Source: a virus. Taken from it: a stretch of 64,000 nucleotides of DNA. The stretch lies in the IMG/VR virus record IMGVR_UViG_3300027963_004416, positions 32,001-96,000 of that record. One strand, given 5' to 3'. The position numbers were made by a program, and so were the translations under genes. Positions 34,887 through 44,153 of this stretch are shown here, piece by piece; position 1 is the stretch's first letter; each line of letters starts with the position of its first letter. The notes beneath the pieces are model-generated. The model had not been told where the DNA came from, did no database searches, and saw nothing but the letters and a program-made list of their open reading frames with translations.

Positions 34887-35875
34887 CAATTACAGGTGCT
34901 GCAGGGTATATTGGATCAGTATTAGCTAAGCATTGTAAAGAAAGAGGTTATGGTGTAATAGGTGTAGATTATAAGTACGGATCTGCAGGCACTAATATAC
35001 ATTATAATAAATTTCCTAATGTTGATGTTGCGTTAGGAGCTTGTATTTCAAGTCATGATTTTGCATCGCTTTGTCAGCATTATCAAGTTAGAAAGGTATT
35101 CCATCTAGCAGCTTCTGCAGATGTAGAATTAAGCCAACGACTTCCGTTTCATTTCTATGAAAATAATGTTGGTAATACAGCCGCGATGCTACACAATCTT
35201 ATTAACACTGGGTGGTTGGATAGACATCCTCAGATAATCTATTCAAGTACTGCTGCGGTTTACAAAGAAAGCTCGCATCCCGTTTCTGAGTATAGTGATA
35301 AAGGCTCACCCAATGCGTATGGTAGAAGTAAGCTTCAATCTGAAGATCTGTTTGTAGAAGTATTTAATTTTTTTAGAGTTCCGTCTGTAACTTTTAGATA
35401 CTTTAATGTAGCCGGTTCCCGCGGGGATACCGGGGATCACTTACAGTCACATCATATAATTCCTGTTCTTTGCAAATCTGCGTACAGCGGTACCCGATTT
35501 AAAATATTTGGCGATGATTATCCTACGATTGACGGTACTTGTGTTCGCGATTATATTGATGTTAATGATGTTTGCAGGGCACACTTTACAGCTTGCGAGT
35601 ATCTTTACAGCACCCCTGGTAGGCATATTTTTAATCTAGGTACACAAAATGGAACGTCTATCTTAGAATTAATTCGTAAATTTGAAGATGTAGTGAGTAT
35701 AGATCTTAACTATGATATTTGTAAAAGAAGAAATGGAGATCCAGCCTTTTTAGTTGCTGATCCTAATAAGTTTATTAATGAAACTGGATTTCAATATTCG
35801 TCTAACTTACAATTAATGATAAAGTCTGCGTGGGAATATTACTGTTTAAAACAAGAGGATAAAAATGGCATTTGA
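34874..35875 (+). CDS. galE: NDP-sugar 4-epimerase (GalE-like)
   Basis: TGAAGYIG, SSTAAVY, YGRSK, RYFNVAG, DGTCVRDYI. Confidence 0.9.
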   Translation: MEYIAITGAAGYIGSVLAKHCKERGYGVIGVDYKYGSAGTNIHYNKFPNVDVALGACISSHDFASLCQHYQVRKVFHLAASADVELSQRLPFHFYENNVGNTAAMLHNLINTGWLDRHPQIIYSSTAAVYKESSHPVSEYSDKGSPNAYGRSKLQSEDLFVEVFNFFRVPSVTFRYFNVAGSRGDTGDHLQSHHIIPVLCKSAYSGTRFKIFGDDYPTIDGTCVRDYIDVNDVCRAHFTACEYLYSTPGRHIFNLGTQNGTSILELIRKFEDVVSIDLNYDICKRRNGDPAFLVADPNKFINETGFQYSSNLQLMIKSAWEYYCLKQEDKNGI

Positions 35876-36863
35876 TGAGAATGAAGTATCAGTAGCTTCA
35901 CAAGGAGGCACTGAGATGATGAAGAGAGGTCTGGCGGATAGACTACCTGAAGGTCTAGCTGATGATTTTCAAATTATTTGTTCCCGTGTGCGCGAACTAG
36001 ATGATTCAAAAATCAGAGTCTATTGGCTACATGATTTACCTGAAGACCCTGAAACAAATCATTTAAGAGATGTTTACAGTCGAAACAGATTTCACAAGTT
36101 TGTTTTTGCAGGCCAATGGCAATATTATCGATATCAGCATATGCTTGGTATGCCTTATGATACTAAATCAATTATTATTGAGACTGCTATCGATCCAATT
36201 AAACCTCAGGAGAAGTCTAAAGATGAAATCCGACTAGTTTATTCATCTACTCCACAGAGAGGTCTTGCAATACTATTACCAGTATTTGAAAAGCTAGCAG
36301 AGAAGTACGATAATATCGTACTAGATGTATTCTCTAGCTATAAGATTTACGGTTGGGATGATGCAGATAAGCAGTTTGAGCCTCTCTATGAAAGATGTAG
36401 AAATCACCCCAAGATTAACTATCATGCATTTGCACCAAATGAAGTTGTAAGAGAAGCTCTTGCTAAAGCACATATTCATGCATATCCTAATATTTGGACT
36501 GAATGCAATAGTAGAAGTGTTATTGAGGCTATGTCGGCCGGTTGTCTTTGTGTTCATCCTAACTTTGGCGGTCTTATCGATACAGCCGGGGGTATGAACT
36601 ATATGTACCAAGGTCATGCTGACCACAATCAGCATGCTAATATCTTCTATCACGCTCTTGATAATGCAATTCAGGTTGTAAATACTGAAGATGTTCAAAA
36701 TTATCTTAAGCTAGTTAAGATGTATGCGGATAGTAGATATAACTGGAAAAAGATTACTCAACAGTGGGTAGACTTACTGACTGGTCTTAAGGAACAATTT
36801 CCTGATGCTAGCAAGCGCAAGTCAATCTCCGGGCCTGTCTTTACTTACAACACTGGCGTATGA
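35865..36863 (+). CDS. GT-B glycosyltransferase (GT4-like)
   Basis: GGTE, YSSTPQRGL, E...SVIEAMSAG. Confidence 0.85.
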   Translation: MAFDENEVSVASQGGTEMMKRGLADRLPEGLADDFQIICSRVRELDDSKIRVYWLHDLPEDPETNHLRDVYSRNRFHKFVFAGQWQYYRYQHMLGMPYDTKSIIIETAIDPIKPQEKSKDEIRLVYSSTPQRGLAILLPVFEKLAEKYDNIVLDVFSSYKIYGWDDADKQFEPLYERCRNHPKINYHAFAPNEVVREALAKAHIHAYPNIWTECNSRSVIEAMSAGCLCVHPNFGGLIDTAGGMNYMYQGHADHNQHANIFYHALDNAIQVVNTEDVQNYLKLVKMYADSRYNWKKITQQWVDLLTGLKEQFPDASKRKSISGPVFTYNTGV

Positions 36864-37825
36864 TACTAGCTAAAACCCCTCTAAGAATCTGTTTTTTTGG
36901 CGGTGGTAGTGATTTACCGCATTACTACGCCGAGAAACCAGGATTCTGTTTGTCTACTACAATCGACAAATATATGTATGTAACAGTATGCGAGACTTCA
37001 GTTAGCGGTATCAAAGCAGTATATAACGAAGTTGAGCATGCTGATGTATACAGTATTAAGCATGATAGAATTAGAGAAGGACTTAAGCATTTTAATTTCC
37101 ATACAGGATTAGAGATTTCGTCTTATGCTCAAATACCTACGAAGGGAACGGGTCTAGGATCTTCTTCTACGTTTACTGTAGGCCTAGTTAACGCGCTTAA
37201 TAAGCTTAAAGGCATTAGTGTTAATAGAAGAGATCTAGCTGAACAAGCATTTGATATAGAATTTAATAGGTGTAAGGAATACCTAGGTAAACAAGATCAG
37301 TATGCCGCGGCATTCGGAGGATTTAATGCGCTGTATTTTAATAAAGATAATGTCAAGGTAGAGCCGGTTAGTATATCTCAAAGTGAATTAAATGAGCTTA
37401 ATTCAAACCTTCTCATGTACTATACAGGGATTACGAGAACCGCATCGACTATCCTAAAAGATTATAGCACTGATAAAAAATATGACCCGCTTGAGCGAAT
37501 GGTCCAGATTGGATATGAAGCATTAGATTCTCTAAATTCTAGAGACTTTGATAGGTTTGGTTTGTTTTTAGATGAGACATGGAAAGAAAAACGATTAATC
37601 TCTAAAGGCATTTCCTCACCAGAGCTAGATAGAAAATATGCCTATGCTATCGATAGTGGCGCACTAGGGGGCAAAATTCTCGGTGCAGGTGGGGGTGGAT
37701 ACTTCTTATTTTATGTCCCAAAAGCCCGTCAATCTAAGTTTAGAGATAGGATGATAGAAAGTGGAATGGTTGAATTTAGATTTAACTTTAGCGATGAAGG
37801 AAGCAAAATAGTTTATGCGGATTAA
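36860..37825 (+). CDS. hddA: GHMP sugar kinase, D-glycero-D-manno-heptose 7-phosphate kinase-like
   Basis: PLRICFFGGGSD, GTGLGSSS, GKQDQYAAAFGG, GGKILGAGGGG. Confidence 0.85.
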   Translation: MILAKTPLRICFFGGGSDLPHYYAEKPGFCLSTTIDKYMYVTVCETSVSGIKAVYNEVEHADVYSIKHDRIREGLKHFNFHTGLEISSYAQIPTKGTGLGSSSTFTVGLVNALNKLKGISVNRRDLAEQAFDIEFNRCKEYLGKQDQYAAAFGGFNALYFNKDNVKVEPVSISQSELNELNSNLLMYYTGITRTASTILKDYSTDKKYDPLERMVQIGYEALDSLNSRDFDRFGLFLDETWKEKRLISKGISSPELDRKYAYAIDSGALGGKILGAGGGGYFLFYVPKARQSKFRDRMIESGMVEFRFNFSDEGSKIVYAD

Positions 37826-38402
37826 ATCATTCGTTAGTGATTATACTAATAATCTTAAACAGGCCTTAGACGCTGTTGATGTAAGTAGTTTAGAAAGGGC
37901 GGTAGACATACTAGAATGCGCGTTTCTTAGTAATTCCACAGTATTTGTATGTGGAAACGGCGGTTCAGCTGCTATAAGCGATCATTTTATGTGCGATCAC
38001 TCAAAATGTATCTATTCTGATACGAAGTTTATTCCTAAGATTTTTAGTCTACCTTCAAATATGTCCTTATTAACAGCTATTGGTAATGATATTAGTTATG
38101 AAGATGTGTTTTCTTATCAGGTAGAAATGTTTGGCCAAACTGGTGATGTTTTAATTGCAGTATCATCAAGCGGCAATTCACCAAATATTTTAAAAGCACT
38201 TAAGTCCGCCAAGGATAGTGGATTACAGACTATTGCATTAGTAGGATTTGAAGGCGGTAAAGCAAAGGAACTGGCTGATGTGGTTATACACGTACCAGTA
38301 AATAATTACGGTATATCAGAAGATGCGCATCAAGCACTAATGCATATACTTGCTCAATATATTAGAGTTAAACATAGAAACAAAGTTGATATTAAACTCT
38401 GA
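37815..38402 (+). CDS. gmhA: Phosphoheptose isomerase (SIS domain)
   Basis: CGNGGSAA, TAIGND, SSSGNSPN, EDAHQ. Confidence 0.9.
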   Translation: MRIKSFVSDYTNNLKQALDAVDVSSLERAVDILECAFLSNSTVFVCGNGGSAAISDHFMCDHSKCIYSDTKFIPKIFSLPSNMSLLTAIGNDISYEDVFSYQVEMFGQTGDVLIAVSSSGNSPNILKALKSAKDSGLQTIALVGFEGGKAKELADVVIHVPVNNYGISEDAHQALMHILAQYIRVKHRNKVDIKL

Positions 38403-38414
38403 GCTTCTTATAAT
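38386..38414 (+). promoter_or_regulatory. Sigma70-type promoter of rnh
   Basis: TTGATA-17-TATAAT, 6 nt before ATG. Confidence 0.7.
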
Positions 38415-38420
38415 TAAAGC

Positions 38421-39272
38421 ATGATACTCTTAGATTTAAACCAGGTGTGCATTTCTAACCTAATGGCACAGCTAGGTAATTATACAAATGCCAAGGTCGA
38501 TGAAGATTTACTAAGGCATATGGTTCTGAACACTATACGTTCTCTTAAAGTAAAGTTCGCTGAATATGGCGAGCTTGTTATCTGTTGTGATGATAAAAAG
38601 GTCTGGCGCAAAGACGTTTTTCCTTACTATAAAGCTAATAGGAAAAAATCAAGAGAAGATTCAGAGCTTGATTGGAATTTAATCTTTAGCACCCTCAATA
38701 AGATTAGGCAAGAGCTTAAAATATATTTTCCGTATAGAGTAATTCAAGTTGAAGGTGCGGAAGCAGACGATGTAATTGGTACGTTAGTTATAAAAAATGG
38801 ACATCTGCTAAATACCTGTAATAAGATTCTTATTTTGTCCGGTGATAAAGATTTTGTTCAATTACAGGTTTTTGGTAACGTAACACAATATGATCCTGTT
38901 CGTAAAAAGCCCATTGCTACAGATGACCCTCTAATGTTTACTAGAGAACTTATTATTAAGGGTGATCGCGGCGATGGCATTCCAAATATTTTATCTCAAG
39001 ATGACTGCTTAGTTTCGGGTGGTCGGCAGAAACCCGTTCGTCTAGATAGGTTTGCAGGCCTCACTAATCCTCATAATGAGCTTTCTGGTGAATTACTTAG
39101 AAATTGGATTAGAAATGAGCAGCTAATTGATCTCACATTTACCCCAGAGCACATTCAATCTAGTATTATCAGTGAGTTTGATAACCAGGAAGGCAAGTCT
39201 AAAGAAAAACTTTTAGAATTCTTAACTAGTAAAAAACTTAAAACCCTTGTTGAACATATAAATGAGTTCTAA
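38421..39272 (+). CDS. rnh: T4-type RNase H (5'-3' exonuclease)
   Basis: YYKANRK, EADDVI, SGDKDF, GDRGDGIPN. Confidence 0.95.
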   Translation: MILLDLNQVCISNLMAQLGNYTNAKVDEDLLRHMVLNTIRSLKVKFAEYGELVICCDDKKVWRKDVFPYYKANRKKSREDSELDWNLIFSTLNKIRQELKIYFPYRVIQVEGAEADDVIGTLVIKNGHLLNTCNKILILSGDKDFVQLQVFGNVTQYDPVRKKPIATDDPLMFTRELIIKGDRGDGIPNILSQDDCLVSGGRQKPVRLDRFAGLTNPHNELSGELLRNWIRNEQLIDLTFTPEHIQSSIISEFDNQEGKSKEKLLEFLTSKKLKTLVEHINEF

Positions 39273-39697
39273 TGCTTAAATCTATATCGTCTATTCTTAG
39301 TGCATGCGCCAGCAAGCCATCCAGAGCTGAAATTATTGAAGCTTTAAGAAATAATAATCATCCAATTATTAGGCAACTGTTATTTTACGTATACTCACCT
39401 TCAGTAAAATTTCTTTTACCTGAAGGTGCACCACCTTACAAGCCCTGTGATTATCTAGATCAAGAAAGTAGACTTTACACAGAGGCTCGTAAACTATACC
39501 TGTTTATTGAGGGCGGCAATCCTAATTTAAGCAAGGTAAAGCGTGAGGTACTTTTTATACAATTAATCGAGTCGGTCAGTAAAGACGATGCAATCCTTTT
39601 AATTAACATTAAAGACAAAAAGTTACCTTATAGTACTATCTCTGAGGATGTAGTAAGGGAAGCTTTTCCAGATCTTTTACCGGAGGTTGAAGAGTAA
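39272..39697 (+). CDS. Conserved T4-like hypothetical protein
   Basis: LPEGAPPY...KREVLFIQLIE pattern. Confidence 0.8.
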   Translation: MLKSISSILSACASKPSRAEIIEALRNNNHPIIRQLLFYVYSPSVKFLLPEGAPPYKPCDYLDQESRLYTEARKLYLFIEGGNPNLSKVKREVLFIQLIESVSKDDAILLINIKDKKLPYSTISEDVVREAFPDLLPEVEE

Positions 39698-39698
39698 G

Positions 39699-39866
39699 AT
39701 GAGTAAGTCTCAACGTAAAAATAATTATTATGACGACTTTGAAAAAACACATCATCAAGCAAAGCAGTATAAGAAAGTTAAAGAAAAGAAATCCTATAAG
39801 AAGCTAGAAAGCGTCCTCAGATCTAAGGATGTTAATAAGCTACTTAATATCGAAGAAAACTATTAA
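39699..39866 (+). CDS. Small basic protein
   Basis: 55-aa ORF read by hand. Confidence 0.55.
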   Translation: MSKSQRKNNYYDDFEKTHHQAKQYKKVKEKKSYKKLESVLRSKDVNKLLNIEENY

Positions 39867-39875
39867 GGATATATT

Positions 39876-40004
39876 ATGCATTGGTTCTGGAATAGCACAT
39901 TAATGGACAGGTTAGAGAAATGGCTTGTTACACTTACTAATTACATTTGGAATAAGCGCAGGACTTACGAGAAGCAGCTCGCAAATTCTATTAAGAGAAA
40001 ATGA
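39876..40004 (+). CDS. Small hypothetical protein
   Basis: AAGGA RBS, 42 aa, ATGA overlap. Confidence 0.5.
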   Translation: MHWFWNSTLMDRLEKWLVTLTNYIWNKRRTYEKQLANSIKRK

Positions 40005-40294
40005 TTTATACCTTTAAAAATGTTAAGACAGACGAGGTATTTGATATTTCTTTAAGAGTATCAGAATATGACAGTTATCTTAAAAACAATCCAGATATAA
40101 TCCGGTATCATGCACCAGGCGGAACACTTACAATTGTAGGCGGGGTCGGTGGTATTAAAAACGATGCCGGATGGAAAGAGGTTCTATCTAAGGTAGCAGA
40201 AAGACACCCTTCCAGTCCGTTAGGTGAAAAAACATTATCAAGATCTTCTAAGCAGGTAAAGATTGATAATATAGTTAGTAAGTATAAAACATGA
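40001..40294 (+). CDS. Conserved T4-like hypothetical protein (FmdB-like N-terminus)
   Basis: YTFKN...YLKNNP...GWKEVLSKV..RHP. Confidence 0.7.
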   Translation: MIYTFKNVKTDEVFDISLRVSEYDSYLKNNPDIIRYHAPGGTLTIVGGVGGIKNDAGWKEVLSKVAERHPSSPLGEKTLSRSSKQVKIDNIVSKYKT

Positions 40295-40947
40295 GGTTTA
40301 AACATCTACCATTTGATAGAATAGAATTAACATCTATTGAAAAGAACGGCAAGCGGTTCTATGATGTTAATGGTGACCTATTTCCTTCAGTTACAACAGT
40401 TCTTTCTTCCCTTAGTAAGGATGGGATTAATGAATGGCGTGCACGTGTAGGAGAAGAAAAAGCAGAAAGAATTAAAAATTCAGCAGCTGCTCGAGGAACT
40501 AAACTTCACTTAATGTGTGAAGATTATGTTGATAACAAAGAAGACTTTATGAAAGGCAGAATGCCTACAACTGTCGATTTGTTTAAACAAATTCAACCTT
40601 ATCTAGATGAAAATCTAGAGTCAGTATATGCAATAGAGGCCAGCCTTTATTCTAAGAAGTTACGGGCAGCTGGAAAATGCGATCTTATTTGTAGGATGCA
40701 TGGCGTGAACTGTATAGTAGACTATAAAACTTCTACTAGTCTCAAAAAGGAAGAATGGATAGAAAGTTACTTTCTTCAAGAAACTGCTTATGCTATGATG
40801 GTAGAAGAACTATACCAGATCCCTATTTACTATATAATTACATTAATTGCCACTGAAGAGGGAACCCTTCAGTTCTTTGTTAAACAGCCTATAGATTATG
40901 TAAATAAAGTTATTAATACATTTAACGTCTATCATTTAAACAACTAA
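40291..40947 (+). CDS. PD-(D/E)xK exonuclease (Cas4/RecB-like)
   Basis: PSVTTVL, RGTKLH, AGKCD, IVDYKT, QETAYA. Confidence 0.9.
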   Translation: MRFKHLPFDRIELTSIEKNGKRFYDVNGDLFPSVTTVLSSLSKDGINEWRARVGEEKAERIKNSAAARGTKLHLMCEDYVDNKEDFMKGRMPTTVDLFKQIQPYLDENLESVYAIEASLYSKKLRAAGKCDLICRMHGVNCIVDYKTSTSLKKEEWIESYFLQETAYAMMVEELYQIPIYYIITLIATEEGTLQFFVKQPIDYVNKVINTFNVYHLNN

Positions 40948-41432
40948 TGCGACATCTTCTTGCAGCGTTGTTAATTTTAACATCCCTGCCTACTTACGCA
41001 ATTGACGGATACAAGCCTCCAGATCAATTCATCAATCCTCTAATAGACGATCTTTTGTCAGAGATTAAGCTTTTATTGGATTTAAAGATACCTGAGAACC
41101 GACCTGAAGTATTCCTCACCAATAAAGAGCAACTTATGAATGCTTACTGTGAAAATAAAAAGTCATGCGGAGTAGCAGCTGTTACTGACAAGGATACCGG
41201 TATAATTTATCTAGATGCTATGATGGAGTTTAACAATGTATATAATGCTAGCATTTTTTATCATGAGCTTGTACACTATGTACAAGTAAGGAATAATATG
41301 TTTGTAGGTCTAAGTGAGTGTGAGAGATGGGCAGCCTCTGAAATGCATGCATATCGTGCTCAAAGTAGCTGGCTAGAATATCACGGGGCTAGAGGGTTCA
41401 AAGTTCCCGATCTTTCTGCCCAATGCCATTGA
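40947..41432 (+). CDS. Secreted HEXXH protein
   Basis: Signal peptide; HELVHYVQ...EMHAY. Confidence 0.7.
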   Translation: MRHLLAALLILTSLPTYAIDGYKPPDQFINPLIDDLLSEIKLLLDLKIPENRPEVFLTNKEQLMNAYCENKKSCGVAAVTDKDTGIIYLDAMMEFNNVYNASIFYHELVHYVQVRNNMFVGLSECERWAASEMHAYRAQSSWLEYHGARGFKVPDLSAQCH

Positions 41433-41463
41433 GATTATTTAATACTTAAGCTATAATTATATC

Positions 41464-42012
41464 ATGAAACGAAAAAAGTCAAAAGTAAAGTTTGAATCCG
41501 GCCCTCTGTTCACGGAAGTACAACAATCTGCAGGGGATCTTCTTAAAAAATTTGGTATAACTGTCAATACATCTCGTCTGGTTATGATCCAAAGAATTAG
41601 AGAGTACATTGACAATCAACCTAACCCGCATAGAACATGCAATGCTATCCTTTTAAAACTAGGTGTAAAAATTCAATTGGATAACTCTATGCGCAAAGCT
41701 AGAGTGTATGCTATGACTGCGTTTGACGAAGCTCTACGTCAAGGTACTGAATTTGACCCTTCAACAGTTCTCAGTATTGCTGATACTCGCTTAATAAAGA
41801 TTGAAAGATATCTTGGACGCGAAGTGATAGTAGATTACAATACAGTCGAGAAAAAAACAGTATCTAAATCTGAAATTGCAAGAAAAATTTATTCAGAGAA
41901 TCAAGATAAGCCTGGTAAAGAGGTTGCTGCTATCATTGCTGAAGAGCTAGGAATAGAGAGGCAAGCTGCACTAGGATATTATTATAGTGCCCGAAGATCC
42001 CTAACTGTATAA
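41464..42012 (+). CDS. Hypothetical protein with C-terminal HTH-like segment
   Basis: TTGAGA-17-TATAAT promoter at 41429; IAEELGI..AALGYY. Confidence 0.65.
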   Translation: MKRKKSKVKFESGPLFTEVQQSAGDLLKKFGITVNTSRLVMIQRIREYIDNQPNPHRTCNAILLKLGVKIQLDNSMRKARVYAMTAFDEALRQGTEFDPSTVLSIADTRLIKIERYLGREVIVDYNTVEKKTVSKSEIARKIYSENQDKPGKEVAAIIAEELGIERQAALGYYYSARRSLTV

Positions 42013-42037
42013 AAAAGCGCCTTTCGGCGCTTTTTTT
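42011..42037. terminator. Bidirectional Rho-independent terminator
   Basis: AAAAAAGCGCC-TTTC-GGCGCTTTTTT. Confidence 0.85.
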
Positions 42038-42066
42038 ATATCTAAATATCAAAAAAGGGAGGCCAT

Positions 42067-42258
42067 ATGGACTATAATCGTGCTTCAGAACTAGAAGAAA
42101 TGATCCAATCAGAAACCTTCTATGGTATTCCTATTTCGGATATAGAACCTTATATGCTTGACGAACTGGATACTGATGATCTTAGAACCCTATATGTAAT
42201 AGTTAACATGCTGCACTGGCAAGCTATCGATAAAATGGTCATGATAAAAAGTAGTTGA
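42067..42258 (+). CDS. Small hypothetical protein
   Basis: GGAGG RBS; TCTAAATA upstream. Confidence 0.6.
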   Translation: MDYNRASELEEMIQSETFYGIPISDIEPYMLDELDTDDLRTLYVIVNMLHWQAIDKMVMIKSS

Positions 42259-42283
42259 TTTATTTTCGTCGCGAGAATAAAAT
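42255..42283 (+). promoter_or_regulatory. Early sigma70-type promoter
   Basis: TTGATT-17-TAAAAT overlapping the upstream stop. Confidence 0.8.
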
Positions 42284-42315
42284 ACATATGTCATTTGAAA
42301 AAGGAGATATATGAC

Positions 42316-43248
42316 ATGGCACATTTGATCGAAACTATGGCTTACGCTGGTGAAGTACCTTGGCACGGTCTTGGCAAGGAAGTCCCTTCCGATCTGTCAC
42401 CTGAGCAAATGCTCAAGACTGCTGACCTTGATTGGACTGTTAATAAGGTTCCTACCTTTATCGACCTCGAAGGTGTTAAGACTGCTACCGGGCGGCATGC
42501 GCTGGTTCGGTCGTCTGATAATAGCATTCTTGATGTTGTTACTACGGACTGGAACCCAGTTCAGAATCAAGAAGCATTTGAATTCTTTGACGAGTTTGTT
42601 CATACCGGTGATATGGAAATGCATACTGCCGGTTCGTTGAAGAACGGTCAAGTTGTATGGGCCCTGGCCAAGATTAAGGACAGCTTCGAGCTGTTTGGCG
42701 GCGATGAGGTTAAGGGTTACTTGCTCTTCACTAATCCTCATAAGTTTGGTCAATCGATTGATATTCGCTTTACTCCTATCCGTGTTGTTTGCAATAACAC
42801 TCTTACCCTCGCCCTTGATACTAAGGCTGCTAATTCCTACAAGATGAATCATCGTCGTACGTTTGACGGGGATGTCGCTAAGGAGATGCTTGGCATTGCT
42901 AAGGATAAGCTGCAAACTTACAAGGAGATGGCTGCATTCCTTGGTAGCAAGCGTTATAGTGAAGAGAAGGTCAAGGAGTACTTTGCTACTATCTTCCCGA
43001 CCCTGTCTAAAGAGGACGGTAAGATCTCTCGTAATGCTATTCAGGCTCTTGATGTTCTAGAGAAGCAACCTGGTGCTAAGTTTGCTCAAGGTAGCTGGTG
43101 GCAGCCGTTTAATGCCGTTACGTTCATGACTGATCATCTGCTTGGCCGTACTAACGAAACCCGTATTCAGTCGGCCTGGTTTGGACCTAACAAGTCTCTT
43201 AAAATCAAGGCTCTTGAGAAGGCAGTTGAATTTGCTGAAGCTACTTGA
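42316..43248 (+). CDS. DUF932 / TIGR03299 phage-plasmid protein
   Basis: PWHGLG, PVQNQEAFEFF, TAGSL..G..VW, TPIRVVCNNTL. Confidence 0.9.
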   Translation: MAHLIETMAYAGEVPWHGLGKEVPSDLSPEQMLKTADLDWTVNKVPTFIDLEGVKTATGRHALVRSSDNSILDVVTTDWNPVQNQEAFEFFDEFVHTGDMEMHTAGSLKNGQVVWALAKIKDSFELFGGDEVKGYLLFTNPHKFGQSIDIRFTPIRVVCNNTLTLALDTKAANSYKMNHRRTFDGDVAKEMLGIAKDKLQTYKEMAAFLGSKRYSEEKVKEYFATIFPTLSKEDGKISRNAIQALDVLEKQPGAKFAQGSWWQPFNAVTFMTDHLLGRTNETRIQSAWFGPNKSLKIKALEKAVEFAEAT

Positions 43249-43670
43249 TGTCAAATGAATACGAAAAGATCTTCAATCCACCTGCAGATCTTAACGTAGC
43301 CGGATTAAATCGCAACTCACTCCCCTACCCGACTGAGGTGGGGAGTGCTTACTTTCCTCCTGTAAAAATAGAGGATTTAAAATCTTATAATCTAAGTCAG
43401 TCTGTGAACAGGTACAACGAAAAGGTTGCCTTTTTACAGAAACAAGCTGATATTATTAAACAGGAATATGAGAAAATAAGGGCTAGTATGGAGCTCGCCT
43501 TTCTTATTGATCAAGCAAGATATGCCTTCAAGCCAGTACCCGGTAATATATACTTCCTTCAGAAGGACTATGCCGGGAGACTAGTTCTTAACCTGTGTCA
43601 CATCACGTATAATGAGTTTATACATAAGGTTCAGTATAGAGCAGACGGTGAGTGGATTACCATTGAGTAA
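43248..43670 (+). CDS. Hypothetical protein (DUF2452-like)
   Basis: LPYPTEVGSAYF.P...FKPVPGNIY..DGEW. Confidence 0.65.
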   Translation: MSNEYEKIFNPPADLNVAGLNRNSLPYPTEVGSAYFPPVKIEDLKSYNLSQSVNRYNEKVAFLQKQADIIKQEYEKIRASMELAFLIDQARYAFKPVPGNIYFLQKDYAGRLVLNLCHITYNEFIHKVQYRADGEWITIE

Positions 43671-43704
43671 TGATAATCGATACTAACACTTAATGATCAA
43701 GAGA

Positions 43705-43733
43705 TAGATTTTTCTAGTCTTCTTAGCTAAAAT
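43705..43733 (+). promoter_or_regulatory. Putative promoter of pqqA
   Basis: TAGATT-17-TAAAAT. Confidence 0.55.
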
Positions 43734-43776
43734 ACTATAGTAGGATACCCCTACGTGAATAATAAAGGAGAAGTAT

Positions 43777-43848
43777 ATGTGGACAAAGCCAATTGCTCAA
43801 GACAAGCGTTTCGGGTTTGAAGTCACGATGTATATTGCATCGCGATAA
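43777..43848 (+). CDS. pqqA: Pyrroloquinoline quinone precursor peptide PqqA
   Basis: MWTKPIAQDKRFGFEVTMYIASR: MWxxP start and R-x-G-x-E-x-x-x-Y core; AAGGAG RBS; not in the ORF track. Confidence 0.92.
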   Translation: MWTKPIAQDKRFGFEVTMYIASR

Positions 43849-43899
43849 TAAGTAATATATAATATGCCCGGGGCCTCTGCGAAAGTACGCCTCGGCTCT

Positions 43900-43921
43900 A
43901 GACCGCTAGCGGTCTTTTTTT
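43900..43921 (+). terminator. Rho-independent terminator after pqqA
   Basis: AGACCG-CTAG-CGGTCT followed by a T-run. Confidence 0.8.
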
Positions 43922-43973
43922 ATAGTTGATTTTTATTTAGCCTAACATATATAATGTCTTGTAGGAAAGAGTC

Positions 43974-44153
43974 ATGATTATCTGTGTTTGTAGAGAAATT
44001 TCGGATAACGATTATTCTTCTGACGAGGAACTTAAAAATCGTATCATGCAGAATGATTTTAAATGTGGTATTTGTCAGACTAAATATATTATGAACGATG
44101 AGCTTTTATCTGTACAACCAGAAGCTTATCAAAAGAATTGCTGTATGAAGTAG
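43974..44153 (+). CDS. Bfd-like [2Fe-2S] ferredoxin
   Basis: MIICVC...CGIC (CxC...CxxC); AGGA RBS; TTGATT-18-TATAAT promoter at 43926. Confidence 0.65.
   Translation: MIICVCREISDNDYSSDEELKNRIMQNDFKCGICQTKYIMNDELLSVQPEAYQKNCCMK

Noticed and set aside
40291-40947. Cas4 as evidence of a CRISPR system
   Set aside because: Solo exonuclease common in T4-like phages; lacks the Fe-S Cys cluster and has no array
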